Shown: piece by piece, positions 25,101 through 38,066 of the stretch
Layout of the letters: the number at the start of each line of letters is the position of its first letter
Position numbering within the stretch: position 1 is the first letter of the stretch
From: Leptogorgia sarmentosa
Lineage: Eukaryota
DNA length: 64,000 nt
Assembly: GCA_964658305.1 (NCBI GenBank)
Contig: OZ210885.1
Coordinates: 7,440,001 to 7,504,000 of the forward strand
Reading direction: 5' to 3'
Translations under genes and position numbers: made by a program
Notes under the pieces: generated by a model
What the model saw: the letters and a program-made list of their open reading frames with translations, nothing else
Database searches by the model: none
Told to the model about the DNA's origin: nothing

Positions 25101-26182
25101 ACAACTCTATCAATAGCTATCTACTGTCTCATGGTTACAAGAAGTCTACTGCAGACACTTGTGTTTACATCAAAACCATTACGTCTAAGGACGGTGCAAT
25201 TCATTTGGTGATTATCGCAGTTTATGTGGATGATATGATAATTGTCTCAAACAACACAGGAATGATGAAGAAAGAAAAAGAAGAGATTGCTACGAAGTTT
25301 CAAGTAGAGGATTTAGGAGAAGTGCATTATGTGGTTGGTATGCATATTATACGCAATCGGGAGCGTCGTACCATATCAATCAACCAACGAAAGTACCTAG
25401 AAGGAGTGATAAAGAAGTTCGACATGGAAAATTGCAAGTCAGTTTCAACGCTATTAGAACTTGGAAGAAAGTATGAAGAATTGGGAAAGGAAGACGAACA
25501 ATTTGATACACGCAAGTACCAAAGAGCAATTGGATGTTTAACCTACGCTGCAACAATTAGTAGACCTGACTTATCAATCGCAGTCAGTATTTTATCAAAG
25601 TTCATGTCTAATCCTAGAGTGGAACATTGGAAAGGTGTGAAACGTGTTCTACGCTATGTTAAAGGAACATTAGACTATGGTCTTTTATATTCAGCTAACA
25701 ATTCAAGTACGACATTGACGGGATACACAGATGCAGATTGGGCAGGAGATTTGTCAACACGTAGATCAACTACTGGTTATGTATTTCAGATACAAGGGAG
25801 TACTACAAGCTGGTGCAGTAAACGACAAGGATGTGTGGCTAGATCTACAACCGAAGCCGAATACATTGCTTTGAGTACAGCGAGCCAGGAAGCGATATGG
25901 TTAAGAAGATTGCTTGAAAGTGTGTTAAAGAAACAAGCCAAGCCTACCGTGCTGTATGAAGATAACCAAGGAACAATCGAACTGACGAAGAATCCCAAGT
26001 TTCATAACCGTACGAAACATATTGATATAGCGTATCATTATGCAAGGGAACAAGTCGAAAAGAAGAATATATCTGTCGAATATTGCAGAACCGAAAATAT
26101 GCTGGCAGATGTGATGACCAAGGGACTATCGAAGGTTCAATTTGAGAAATTCCGAGACATGTTAGGACTCGTTAAGATTTAG
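22179..26182 (+). pseudogene. copia gag-pol polyprotein, disrupted
   Basis: CCHC knuckle (CHSCKKRGHFARDC), protease WIIDSGA, GKLY/LWHCRFGH, integrase D-D-E, RT YVDD, RNase H YTDADW; frameshift near 22200, in-frame TAA 24857-24859 and TGA 25049-25051. Confidence 0.92.
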
Positions 26183-26247
26183 TGACAATTAGATACTATT
26201 TAAAGAATTACTATAGTTATGTTCATCATATGATTATTAAGTGGGAG

Positions 26248-26440
26248 TGTTAGCAGCATGCATAGCTTGATATAATAACCATATACATTGGATACTTGAT
26301 GTAGTTGGAAGTGTTATGTATCGTTAACATGTGACGAATGGTCTCTCTGTTCTTGTACTGATTTCTTATGTATTTTACTGTTCATATTGTTGATATTAAA
26401 TCGCTCAACATCAAAGAATGTCCGATATAACATTTTAATA
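26248..26440 (+). repeat. copia 3' LTR
   Basis: Identical to the 5' LTR. Confidence 0.95.
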
Positions 26441-26857
26441 AAGGGGCGGAATGCAACGATATTTGTTGGCTTGACAAATGTGGAGGCTTTGCGACTGGCA
26501 TGAAGGCACAATAAAACAGGATGTTTCCGTCATGATATGACATTCCAAGACGAGGCAATTAGAAATAATCTGCAGGTTCTTTAAAAATTGAATATATAAT
26601 AATTGGTCTAGTTTTGTTCGCAAGATTTCATTGGTATTCACACTTAGTTAAATACTTTGATTATAACTTTGATCACAGAAATCCCGGATGTTGGATATCA
26701 GTCATTCCTTGAGATATGCGTAAAATATGGAAAAGGACTTCTGAAAGAACGGCGAGCCATGGCAAAAGACTTGAAAGAAAAGCCAAGATTCAAGGCATCA
26801 TACATTAAATGTCTGTACGGTATTGAAGTTCAAGATCGAATTGCTCTTTTGAGTCAG

Positions 26858-27201
26858 AGGCCTACTCTAGGGTCCAAGATCGCCGCGATTAATTGCGATA
26901 TTAGGGAAAAATGCCAAAATTCAAGGCGATCTGGAGCGTTCTTACGCGATCTTGGGCGATCTTTGGCGATAGTAGGCCATCTTAGGCAATCTTGGGCGAT
27001 TTTAGGCAATATTGGGTGATATTATGTAAGGTTTATTCAGACCCCCTATTAAGTCCAGAATGCTTATTTCTTTGTATGTAATATATGTCGATCATAGGCA
27101 ATCGTGAGCAATTTTAGGCGTTCTCAGACGATCTCAGACGATCTTAGGCGATTTTAGGCGATCTCAGGCCAAATTTAGGCAATCTGGCACTGGAGTAGGC
27201 T
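26858..27201. mobile_element. MITE with internal GGCGATCTT-like repeats
   Basis: GCCTACTCTAG... / ...CTGGAGTAGGC termini; AGTCAG on both flanks. Confidence 0.55.
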
Positions 27202-27352
27202 AGTCAGGTCAAGATTGACTTTGTTCAGCGCCTGTAGAAAAAGTGAAGCAACAAAATTATTTTAATGTGTATGCTTATGATACAGCTGTTTTTTATGGAA
27301 TAGTTTTGTGGTAAAAAATTACATGTATTTAGTGTGCATGTTTATGATATTA

Positions 27353-28451
27353 CAGTACCGTCCTCGAGTAACATACACTCGACTCGCGCGTAGCGAGTGC
27401 GCGCGAGTCACTCGCGAGTCGTTCGAGTACTCGCTTGACTCGTTACTCGCGAGTACGCGCAAATCATGTTGGCAAGAAATACTCGCTTCACTCGCAAAAT
27501 AGATCACTCGCTGCACTCGCGAGTATTTCGAGTCTGCGAGTATAAAACCGGTAAAAACACTAAAAATACTAAAAATCAATTTGTTAATGTAAAGTTTATG
27601 TAGACATAGGTACTCACCGCGTCATCAGGTATAAACACACATGTAATAATCACAAATAGCCAACGCAGGCGCTTTTCCCGTATTCGGTCAAAACTCCGTT
27701 GTCCTTGTATTCGATGAAAAGTCCCTTCCATAAGTTTTGTCAGGTTTGATGGCCGCATAGAGCAGAATGAATCACCGAATTTTGTATAGGTTATTTTTAT
27801 TTACAGGCAGAGCAACGCGTTTATACTGAAATGAATTGTTATGAATGCCAAGTTGACATGTTATGAATGCAAGTTGACATGTTATGAATGCGAAGTTGAC
27901 ATGTTATTAGCATAACAGTGATACAATGAGCGATGAATTTGCATTTGTTATTTGCGCTCAATTCAATTGAGACATCTTCATTGTCGCGTTGCTCTGCCTT
28001 TGGATAAAAATAACCGATTCAAAATTCGGTGATTCCTTCTGCTCTAAACGGCCATCAAAGCTGACAAAACTTATGGAAGGGACTTTTGATCGAATACAAG
28101 GACAACGGAGTTTTGACCGAATACGGGAAAACCGCCTGCGTTGGCTATTTGTGATTATTACATGTGTGTTTATACCTGATGAAGCGGTGAGTACCTATGT
28201 CTACATAAACTTTACATTAACAAATTGATTTTTAGTGTTTTTAGTGTTTTTACCGGTTTTATACTCGCAGACTCGAAATACTCGCGAGTGCAGCGAGTGA
28301 TCTATTTTGCGAGTGAAGCGAGTATTTCTTGCCAACATGATTTGCGCGTACTCGCGAGTAACGAGTCAAGCGAGTACTCGAACGACTCGCGAGTGACTCG
28401 CGCGCACTCGCTACGCGCGAGTCGAGTGTATGTTACTCGAGGACGGTACTG
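27353..28451. mobile_element. Foldback element (Tc1/mariner-like termini) with ~465-bp TIRs
   Basis: TA-CAGTACCG...CGGTACTG-TA; arms ~27353-27819 and ~27985-28451 near-identical; central ~20-bp tandem repeat. Confidence 0.85.
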
Positions 28452-29749
28452 TAATTTCAAAGTGATGGCTACACTATAATTGTTTGTATATATTACCGTA
28501 ACACAATTGATATGTAGAAAATCTTCCTCTTCAAACCCATTATTACAGTATCCCTACCATAAAATCAATAATCTTATTAACATCCACTATTTTTTATGTG
28601 TTTTCATTTTTAGTGCATAATTATGTCGTTGTTCATATCCATGCATGTATTCACGCAATCCTGTAGCTATACAACTAAGTGCATAGCTACAACAGTTATA
28701 TACACACACTACACGACAACTATAAAAAACAAATGCATATGTATTTCCTAACAATTTTTAATTATATAAATATAAAAAAATGTTTGTTGACACAAAAACG
28801 CCATAAGATATATGTTATCAAAACGCTACAAGATATGTCATTACGCAAACGTCATCCGTCACAAGGATTAGCGTCAAAATTATATACACAATGATTTTTT
28901 GTTTAGTAGGCTTTTTTAAATCAGAGAATAGGTAAATTACAGAACAAAAACTGAGGGTTTTTTCTGTGTCATACTTGTCGGTACGGAAATGTCATCCATG
29001 GCAGGGATTATCACTGTCTCAATTTGTCTTCAACATCTCACCTCGTGTATCAACAGTTGCCAATAATTTCTTTGTTATCTCTATTACTTAAACGCCAAGG
29101 ATTGAATAGTTCTATCATACCGTTCACGGCAAGTTGTGAGAAGCACTCCGTATACAAGTCTCTCTACCTTATACTCCACGTTCAAATATAGAGACCATGG
29201 CCATTAATCCTTTGACAAATGTCGCTCGACAGCACGAAAGTACTTGGACATCCCTTGAAAGGCGCGTTTCGAGAAAACACTATTCCTATTCAAGCCTTTT
29301 TCCAGAAGACGTCCTAACATTTTTCCGAAACAAGGCAATCTTGGTTGGCAGTTCCATTGGCTATTTCGCACCCGCACTCCTCACCACGACTGCATTCATT
29401 CTGGTGAACAATGATATGAAACGAACATCCAAAAAGATCACGGAAATGGAGAACAACGAAATCGTTCATGCAGTTGAAGGATGCAGTGAAGCCGGAGATG
29501 TTGGATTTCCTCTTTGAAGGCCGGGCGGATGCACACTCAGCGGCTTGGATGGGAAAAGGACAGAAACCATCTAAACCAGTATAAGGCCCCATCGAGTGCC
29601 CTCAAGATTGGTTACGCTATTAAAAAGGCGGCACTGACCGTATAAATTTGCAAGGTAAGAATAAATTCCTATGACATAGTATTAAGGACCAAGTACACCT
29701 TGAAAAATTTCAAAGCAAGTCTTTAGTACTCAGTCCTATTGGTAATAAA

Positions 29750-30641
29750 AATGCATGGCATCGATGTGGTAACATGGCATTGGTTATATGAGCTTACAAA
29801 CATTCTTTTAACATCTAGTACAACGTAAAGCAGAGTACTATGAAGTAAAGGAAATGGTGGAGTTTAGAATATTTATGAACTTTAATTAAGAAAAGCAATA
29901 AACTGTACCGTGTTTTCAAAGTCATTGTGCAAAAGTTTCTGGACAATTCTACAGTGATTAAAGAGGAGGCTAAGGAATGGTGGAAAGATTTCTTCGACTC
30001 TGCTTCAGACACATATATACGTCTGCGCCAATGAAACCGGAAACATGGCTCGTAGATGAACTGAAGTTACTGAAATTTAGTCATATTTACGTGAGTGTAC
30101 AAGAGTTGCACAACGAAAACAGTGAAATGCCTGAAGTTCCTGTTGATGCGTCACCCGAAGTTGTGAACTTAGTGTCATCCCAGGTGGAGCAAATACCTGA
30201 GGTAGGACTATAAATCTATTTAAATGGTGAAGCAAACATTCTCTCTGATTACTGATTTAGGAAACTACAACAATTCGCTTTCCATTGTGTTGTTCCTTAC
30301 AGGTCTACACAGGCCCCTACATGCGTTCGACTGAAGTGCAATCGGTTTTCGATCTTTGGACCCATGTTAAAGAGTCGTCTTTCGTAGCTGTCTCATTGTT
30401 AGATTATAAGGATGTCCCAGTTATTGGTAAAGTTTTACAAAAAAAAATTACTATCCATTACTGGAAGGGGTCGTGGAACAAGAGGTGGGTTCCTTGTCTA
30501 ACAGGAAGAAAGCCATGGACGGACGAGCTTCCAAAGGTATACATTTATCTCACTGGGTTTCATCTTGATGTAATGTCCAAATTAAAAACCAGTAATAAAA
30601 AACAGATACGAAAATTTCTCAAGAAGAGCAACAAGGAATGA
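29750..30641 (+). pseudogene. Decayed coding fragments, probably from a DNA-transposon gene
   Basis: Protein-like segments with stops and frameshifts (EEAKEWWKDF; VIGKVLQKKITIHYWKGSWNKRW...PWTDELPK); family not assigned. Confidence 0.4.
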
Positions 30642-31102
30642 AGGTGTGATGTGTTTCGTGTAACATGACATTAGGACAAAAATATTGTGTGCATTTGACG
30701 CCGAAACTTGTTATATTTAAATATTATTAATTAATGGATGGTAAACTTCTATATATTAGAAATGAACACTCGTTTGAGTTTACAACAAAAAGATATCATC
30801 AGTCATCACTCGATGCAAGATCTATATAGTTCACCGTATTTGTCAAAAGTATGTCGCTAATTTGCATGTCTTCAACCTTAAAGGTTTTAAGGCCACTTTA
30901 CGATTTATAGCTACCAATTGTGCTAAAATTTTAAAAATACTACTATCAAAAATACTTTCTAATAGCATGCAATAGAAAACTCAACAAATGCTGGATTATT
31001 CAATGTGATCGCGGAAAGAAAAATATATTCATATACATTCGAGTATGTGTATATGCCGGTGTGTCCCCCATTTATCAACCTGTTCATTTTCCTGTTTTTT
31101 AG

Positions 31103-31375
31103 GCAAATGAGATGAAAAACTCGATGTTAAAACCTGTTCGAGTCGACGCCGGATTAGGAAATCCACCGGTGGAGTACAAGAATGATTCCGAATCCGCCAA
31201 TTTTATGATCAAGCATGATCTCAATTTTAATGCAAGCAAGCTCCACGAGTTTGTGGAGAAGATAAAGAAAATCATACAGACAAAACAGCGAAACGAGGAA
31301 CGTGCTGTGTTTGGAAGAGGTCCATATCGAGTATAAGAAAGGAATTGGAACATTTAACTGTGGATGACACGAGAA
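31103..31375 (+). pseudogene. Mutator-like transposase exon fragment
   Basis: RVDAGLGNPPVEY.NDSESANFMIK resembles the NNxxES catalytic-E region of MULE transposases; AG acceptor upstream. Confidence 0.55.
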
Positions 31376-32344
31376 AGGAAGTTTAGTATTGATATGAAAT
31401 AAATTCTGTGGAAATTAGTCCGATTGGTCTCGATGTTTCGAGGCCAGGCAACTCATGCATTACAGATGCTGGTTTTGGTGTTTTAAACGCAGCTTTATAA
31501 CTGAATTGTGACTGAATTCAAATTTCAACTGCTTGATCTCACAGGTTTTGTGAGAAATTGGGCCAAGATCCCAAAAGCGTCAGTTATTATCCAACCGTGT
31601 TTTCAAGTTGTTAATGAGCCCCATCCTTTTTATTTTGCAATTCGTGTAAAGCGGAAAACGTTCGATTGAAATGAAGCCCTGTGAGAGTGGCGTAATGTTA
31701 CAGTATGTCCTCGGTAAACGGGAGATAAAAACTGCATTTCATTTTCAGAGCTTGAATTATGTTCCTGGAGCTTATACATCTCAAATTTTGTATATAAAAT
31801 TTGTATACATCTCAAATTTTGTATATAAAATTTGTATACATCTCAAATTTTGTAAATTTTCTAAAAGGAGGCTAAGCAATGTAAAGCCAGTAGCCAAAGC
31901 TACGAGGGCCTTGCCCTGATAAGAGAAAAATTCAATATATTTGTCTTATAAGGTTGGAAGTTTTGAATATTTTGTCTTATAAATAAGGTTGGAAGTTTGT
32001 TTATTTTTTACACGTTTGAATCGGAGCATTCTTTCCGTATTATAGTAAATTCGACTTAGTCGATCACACTAGTCTATAATCGCCGAGTTGCAAAAATTGA
32101 ACGTACGCTCAGCTATAGTAAGATGGATTAGAGCCTTCCTCACGTTCGTATCCGCGTAACTATCCTAATGTAAGCTTAAACGAGATCCCAGCCTCGAACT
32201 TTAATTTGCCATTCGTACTGGAGTACATGAAAATGAAAATATGAATGGATCGAATTGACTTGGTCAAAACTTCTTTTTCTTTCTAGGATTAATGTCGAAT
32301 CGTTCTCCATTGTTTTTATTTTACGACTGTGTAAATCTATTTTT

Positions 32345-34750
32345 AGGCTGAGATTGAATGCAAGCGTCTAGCGGCTAAACTTGTTGAGCTGCAGGGGGAA
32401 AATGGAGTATGAATTACAATTTTTAAGTTCTGGTCAAACAGAACGATGACAGAATTTGGCAGGAGAAAGTAAAATAATTAATGCAATGCTTGTGTTTCAC
32501 GCAAATTATGCGTGATTTGATACGATACTTTGTTTTAGAATCACTATGTTGTGCACTCTTCATGTAGCACGTTTGTATGTCCTGCCATTTTAGCGTCTGA
32601 AAGAAGAAAGAAATTTTCTCAGAGAGAGAAACGAGCAACAAGTATTAAGAGGCAGATCACTGCTTGATGGCTCAGATAATGGTAGATTGCTCATGGCGGA
32701 TTTACCGCCTGAGGCAAGGTTAGTTCAGTAAACAAAGATTTCGGAAAAATGTCCCATCTGATCAGTACGATGAAAGGCACGCTAAAGTGTTTTTCCTTAT
32801 TTCAAGAACTATCGTCGAAGGTGAAGAATCTGAGCAGGTAAATATATAATATAATTTCAAGCATTGATTACTGCCTGATAGTTATATGAGCTTCCTTTAC
32901 AAGTAAAGCGTGTCGGCACTGACACATTTGTACATGTTTGGACTGCCCGCGGACCCGCGGTGTCATTGTGATCATGGAATATTTAATTAACTGAATAATT
33001 AACTGAAGGAATTAGTATTTGCGTTATTCGCTTATTCTCTATAGCAGTAAACCATTACATACATGTAAGATCGTGTATTAGGGACAAATAAGTTGCGTTA
33101 ATGTTGCGCGTGTCAAAATACGTCAAAATGAAATCGTGCCATTTGCTTTGTTTCAGGACCAGTTCCTGGTCCAATAGTACAATCGTATTTGTCATGGCGG
33201 TCACGCCTGCATTGCATCGTCATTAAAATCACGCGGTGAATCTTATACACTCGCAAAAATTGATTTTTCGTTGATTTAAATTATTTGCGTCTCAACAGGT
33301 GAACGATGTGGATGATCGGAATGATTATGGGAATATGTAAGTAAACACGCCTGGCTTTTTTGCACACGAAAACGGTCATTCATATTGAGACAATATCGCG
33401 AGATTTTCGGGAGACTGGTAGCGAATTTAGAAATTGAAAAATTCCTTCATTTGCACGTGGAATTTTGCTTTGCTCGTTTTTCGGGGGGTAACGTGAGATA
33501 TATAGGTAAATAGAGGGACTCTTGCGCATGAAAATGGTATCAATATTGCCATGGAAACCAACAAAACAATTCCTCTTGCGCCGTTCTTGTTCGAGGCATA
33601 CGAGCGAAATGGCGACCTTTGGTTAAAGTTGTGAAAGTGTATCAACTTCGTCTTGTATAGGCTCGTTCGTTTTAACTTTTTTTTGTTTAATTTTTGGTGT
33701 ATATCAAAGTAAAAAGTCCTTTTAAAGTTTGTATGTTTTTTGTTTCGTGGAAAATGTCTTAGGACAATAAATAAAATGCCTTTTAGAAAGGCCACAAATT
33801 ATTCTCGCTTCAATGTCGGAGAATATATGCGCAAAAAAAGGTTAGGTTTGAATGGGGAGGTTCAGAAGACTAAAGAAGTAAACAATGCTGCCCAGAATCT
33901 TCAACGCTTGGATACGAAGGTAGGAAACGTTTTAAATTGTCCTTATTTGAAATCAAGTTTGTGATTAATCGTTGTGTGTGTGAATTCTGTCTTGTTAACC
34001 ATTAATAGCTAATAATAAAAGCCATTCTGATTTGTGAGAATGCAACTGACATATCTGATGGCTGATGATAAAAAAACTACTAATTTTTAATACTGAAAAA
34101 AACTGTGTGCATATCAATGACAGCCAAATTGGTTCGACTCTGGACCAGGAAATATCTCGGCAGATCCAGCCAGTGATCATGATGGTAGATGACCTTTACG
34201 ACAGCCAGAAGGCATAGTGTTGTGCAATGTTACAACGAAGAAAGTATGCGATGCTTTGGTAGCCTTATTAGACACCTACTACCAGTTCAATGTCGAAAAA
34301 AATAATATTTAAGTAGTAATAATATTCACAATAATATTTTGGTAATTTAAGTACATATCTCAATTTTATGCTGTATAATAAATGCTTTGCTACCAAACAT
34401 AATATTTATTTTTTAATAACATTCACACAATATTATCTTAGTCTCTATAGCCAAGTTGCTTGTTGTTAAGCATTTTGCTCCTTACCAAAGGGTGAATTTG
34501 GTCATGAAACAGGCCATTTTGGGGGCAAAATGCCCTGCTTCCATGGGGCCAAATTCCAAAAACATGGCCAATTCAGCTAACAGTGGGGGCCAAATTGGCC
34601 CTTCTAGCCAGGGGCCAAAATTAATGAACAGGTCCAATTTAGCTTAAATGGGGCCAAATTGGCCCTACTGTTTGGGTTTAATTCGGCCCAAAATAGCTAA
34701 AAAATAGGGCCCTATTCTTCAGGGTCGAAAGTGGCCCCGTTTAAGAGGGG
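32345..34750 (+). mobile_element. Decayed CACTA/EnSpm-like element: accessory-gene fragments and right end
   Basis: Fragments such as AEGIVLCNV...ALVALLDTYYQFNVE; array of GGGGCCAAATTGGCCC-like repeats (34520-34740) ending TTTAAGAGGG. Confidence 0.4.
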
Positions 34751-35575
34751 TTGTCTCTTGTTGTCTTTAAGAGGTGTTGTGCAAGCTGTAGAAATTGTGC
34801 ATTTTATGAAGTTCTGCACAATTGTATTTACAGACACTGTTTTACATAATTTATACAAATTACTAAATTTGACCCGCAACTCCGAAAAAAAAGGCGCAAA
34901 AAAGGAAAAAGCCATCGGTGCAACACCCAACACGTGTACCACCAGAGCAGGAAACTTCTCGCGCCGAATAGGTTCCGGAAGATGATGGCCGCCCGGTTAG
35001 TAAAAAGAGTTGAATCAGCACAGTTCAGATTGGAGATCTTATTGAGTTCTTGAAGAGCAAGAGAGAATGTTATTGAGTTCTTGAAGAGCAAGAATTTGGG
35101 TGATTTAAACTGTCGTTGAAGGTATGCAACATACATATTTTGGTGGGTTTAAATGAAACTGACGCGTTTATTGCTTGCTCTTTAATACGGTTTTAAGCCT
35201 CTCGATTAAGACTTCAGGGCATATCGCTTGTCTTGCGATTGTGTTTATGTAGTTATGAAAATACTGATCACGGTTTAAGTTATAATTTGAACTCATGCGT
35301 CATTGTGATCTGTGAATACTTTTAGTAATCGGTCGTCTTTTGAATATCCCGCGTCACAGATAGCTACGTGTCTGCATGTTTTGGTTTTCTTTCAAATATA
35401 ACCTTTATGATTTACTGTCAACGAACGAGGAAGCCGGAGAAGATTTTTCGACCAAGACTGATATTTATCACATGATTCCTCGCTTGAAGCTTCGAAAGAG
35501 GTTTCTTTCCCTCTGTTTATAGTTTAATAAATAATACCACAATGTATACATATCCTCACTGTTGTGTATTGTTTT

Positions 35576-36018
35576 ATATTATACCTCAAATTCAAATTGT
35601 CCAATGAAAAACCAGCATTTGTACCACGTGAGAGTGTGATTTTTTACGGTATTTCACTCAAATTCCTGATTTCGCAATCCAGCGTGGGATACTATAATAT
35701 CCCACGGCAGATCCACCGTGGGATATTATAGTATCTCACGCGTGACGCGTGGGCAACACGCGCTTAGCATAGCTATGCAAAATGGCAGGCGAGCAAGACT
35801 CGGACGAAGAAATAAACAGACTTCTTGAAAACAAAAGATGCAAAAATGTTTCGTTCGGTATAATATATCATTTATAGACCCTCCGCTCGGGGGATTCGGT
35901 GATATTTCCCTCAGTGATGATATTGTTTGTCCTCGGGGCAGAGCCCCTCGGAAAATATCATCACTTCAGGAAATATTACGCCGAATCCTCCTCGCTCCGG
36001 GTCTATAAATGATAAATA
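35576..36018 (+). mobile_element. Non-autonomous mini-Crypton (internal deletion derivative)
   Basis: Shares both ends with 36163-38066 and keeps only the first ~20 codons. Confidence 0.85.
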
Positions 36019-36162
36019 GCGCAGGTGTAATACTGGTCATCTGCAGATTCATCTGAGGAATCAATTAAAATTGAATTGGTTCTTTAAACCAATTAAAATT
36101 GGACGTTTTTACCATTAAATTAACCATTCATCAATTGGTTAAAACAACCAAAATATTTGGTA

Positions 36163-38066
36163 ATATTATACCTCAAATTCAAATTGTCCAATGAAAAAAC
36201 AGGATTTGTACCACGTGATAGTGAGATTTTTTACGGTATTTCACTCAAATTCCTGATTTCGCAATCCAGCGTGGGATACTATAATATCCCACGGCAGATC
36301 CACCGTGGGATATTATAGTATCCCACGCTCACGCGTGACGCGTGGGCAACACGCACTTAAAAATGGCGGCAGAACAAGACCAACAAGATTCCGACGAAGA
36401 GATTAACAGAATTCTTGATGCAAAAGATGCAAAAAACACAAAAAAATCAACGAAATTTGCAGTTCGTGTTTTCCACGGCGCGATTGAAGACGTAGAAATA
36501 GAGGAGAATATAGAAAGCCTCGATAAAAGCTTGGCAAAGTTTTTTGCAAATGCAAAAAAAAAGACGGGACGAAATACAAAGCTAGTGCTTTACGAACATT
36601 AAGAAACGGACTATAAGGAGACATTATTTGGACCGATTGGGCATTGATATCGTCAACGACAGGTCGTTTACTTATAATACGAAGGTTTTCAAAGCTTCGG
36701 TCATCGATTTACGTCGTCAAGGTCTCGCTACAGTACAACATCACATACCCATAACGAAAGTTGATATGGCAAAACTTTACAGTGGTGAAACGATTGTTTT
36801 TTATATTAACGCGCCAAATAGATTGCTTAATAAAGTTTGGTTCGAAGTTATGTATTTCCTGTGCAGAAGAGGGCAGGAGAATTTGAGAGCAATGACGAAA
36901 GAAACCTTTGAGCTCGCAGTTGACAGCGCTGGAAAACGATACATATTTCAAAAAGTTGGTGAGCTTGATAAAAACCACCGTGATTTAACAACAGGTTCTG
37001 TATCACGAGGGCGAATGTATGAGCAACCAGGTATGTTTTTTGTTTATGAATTTTGTATAAAATCTCTCTATTTTCTATGAATGCTTGTTCAGTTCTAATA
37101 TTGATTATTTGCATTTGGAAATATTTTCAGGAAAATCTACCTGCCCAGTTGAATCATTCTTAAAGTACCTTAGTAAACTAAACAAGGGAATACCGGAACT
37201 GTGGCAAAGACCTCTTGATTCATTTTATCCCGACAATGAAAGTTGGTACTACAAAGCCCCACTCGGGAAAAATACGCTAGGAACAATGATGAGTAAAATT
37301 TCACGACAAGGACAGTTGTCTCAACGATACACAAATCATTCAATACGATCAACTGCCATAACAGTACTGGATGAAGCAGGTACATTCGTATTTTTTATGC
37401 CAGAAAAACAGACTTTTTCAATTTAAGTTTTTGCTTATATTCTATTAAATTACCTTGACGTATAAGCTATGAAGCAAGACATATTATGGCGATTTCAGGA
37501 CACAAGAATGAAGCCAGTATTAGATCATATTCTTCAAACGTGTCAGAAGATCAGAGTAGAGACATGTCTAACGCATTCATGTTGCCCATGACTAACAGTG
37601 CTGACACAGTTGATACCGTCCCAGCAAACGAAAGTCTAACTTCTCTTGAAAGATCACTAGCACTGCTCGACGATATTGATGTTCCCTCTACTCCCCAGCT
37701 TAACCAAGTCATGAATACAGTCCTTTCTCCCATATTGTCGACTTCAAAGGATATATTTAAAAACAATAAATTTGAAGGCTGCACAATCAACATAAATTAT
37801 TGTGGCTAAACATTGCATGTGCGAATTACTGAATTTCAGTCAATTTTGTTACTATTGTTGTTGTATAATATCATTGTTTATATCTATGCATTTTATTGGT
37901 TTTTGTTCGGTATAATATACCATTTATAGACCCTCCGCTCGGGGGATTCGGCGATATTTCCCTCAGTGATGATATTTTCCTCGGGGCAGAGCCTCTCGGA
38001 AAATATCATCACTTCGGGAAATATTACGCCGAATCCCCCTCGCTCCGGGTCTATAAATGATAAATA
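36163..38066 (+). mobile_element. Crypton-type tyrosine-recombinase DNA transposon
   Basis: Intron-containing YR gene; ends defined by the mini copy; AATATT at both junctions; terminal hairpin ~37918-38062. Confidence 0.88.
36363..37809 (+). pseudogene. Crypton tyrosine recombinase (DUF3504; KCTD1/ZMYM/QRICH1-like), disrupted
   Basis: Exons ~36363-37030, 37131-37379, 37466-37809; catalytic R (CRRGQE), K (DKNH), HxxR (NHSIR), H (SGH), Y (RSY); frameshifts near 36560 and 36614; last acceptor reads AA. Confidence 0.88.

Larger units (their letters stand above)
21884..26440 (+). mobile_element. Full-length Ty1/copia LTR retrotransposon
   Basis: Identical 193-bp LTRs, 5-bp TSD AAGGG, PBS GGTTATGGGCCCAG (22077-22090), PPT AAGTGGGAG, gag-PR-IN-RT-RH order. 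Confidence 0.97.

Noticed and set aside
22711..25998. Antisense and alternate-frame ORFs over copia (and over the LINE and Crypton)
   Set aside because: Shadow ORFs of real coding frames.
27319..28479. Mirror-image ORF pairs (also 61344..61526 / 62293..62511)
   Set aside because: By-products of inverted repeats; no recognisable protein motifs.
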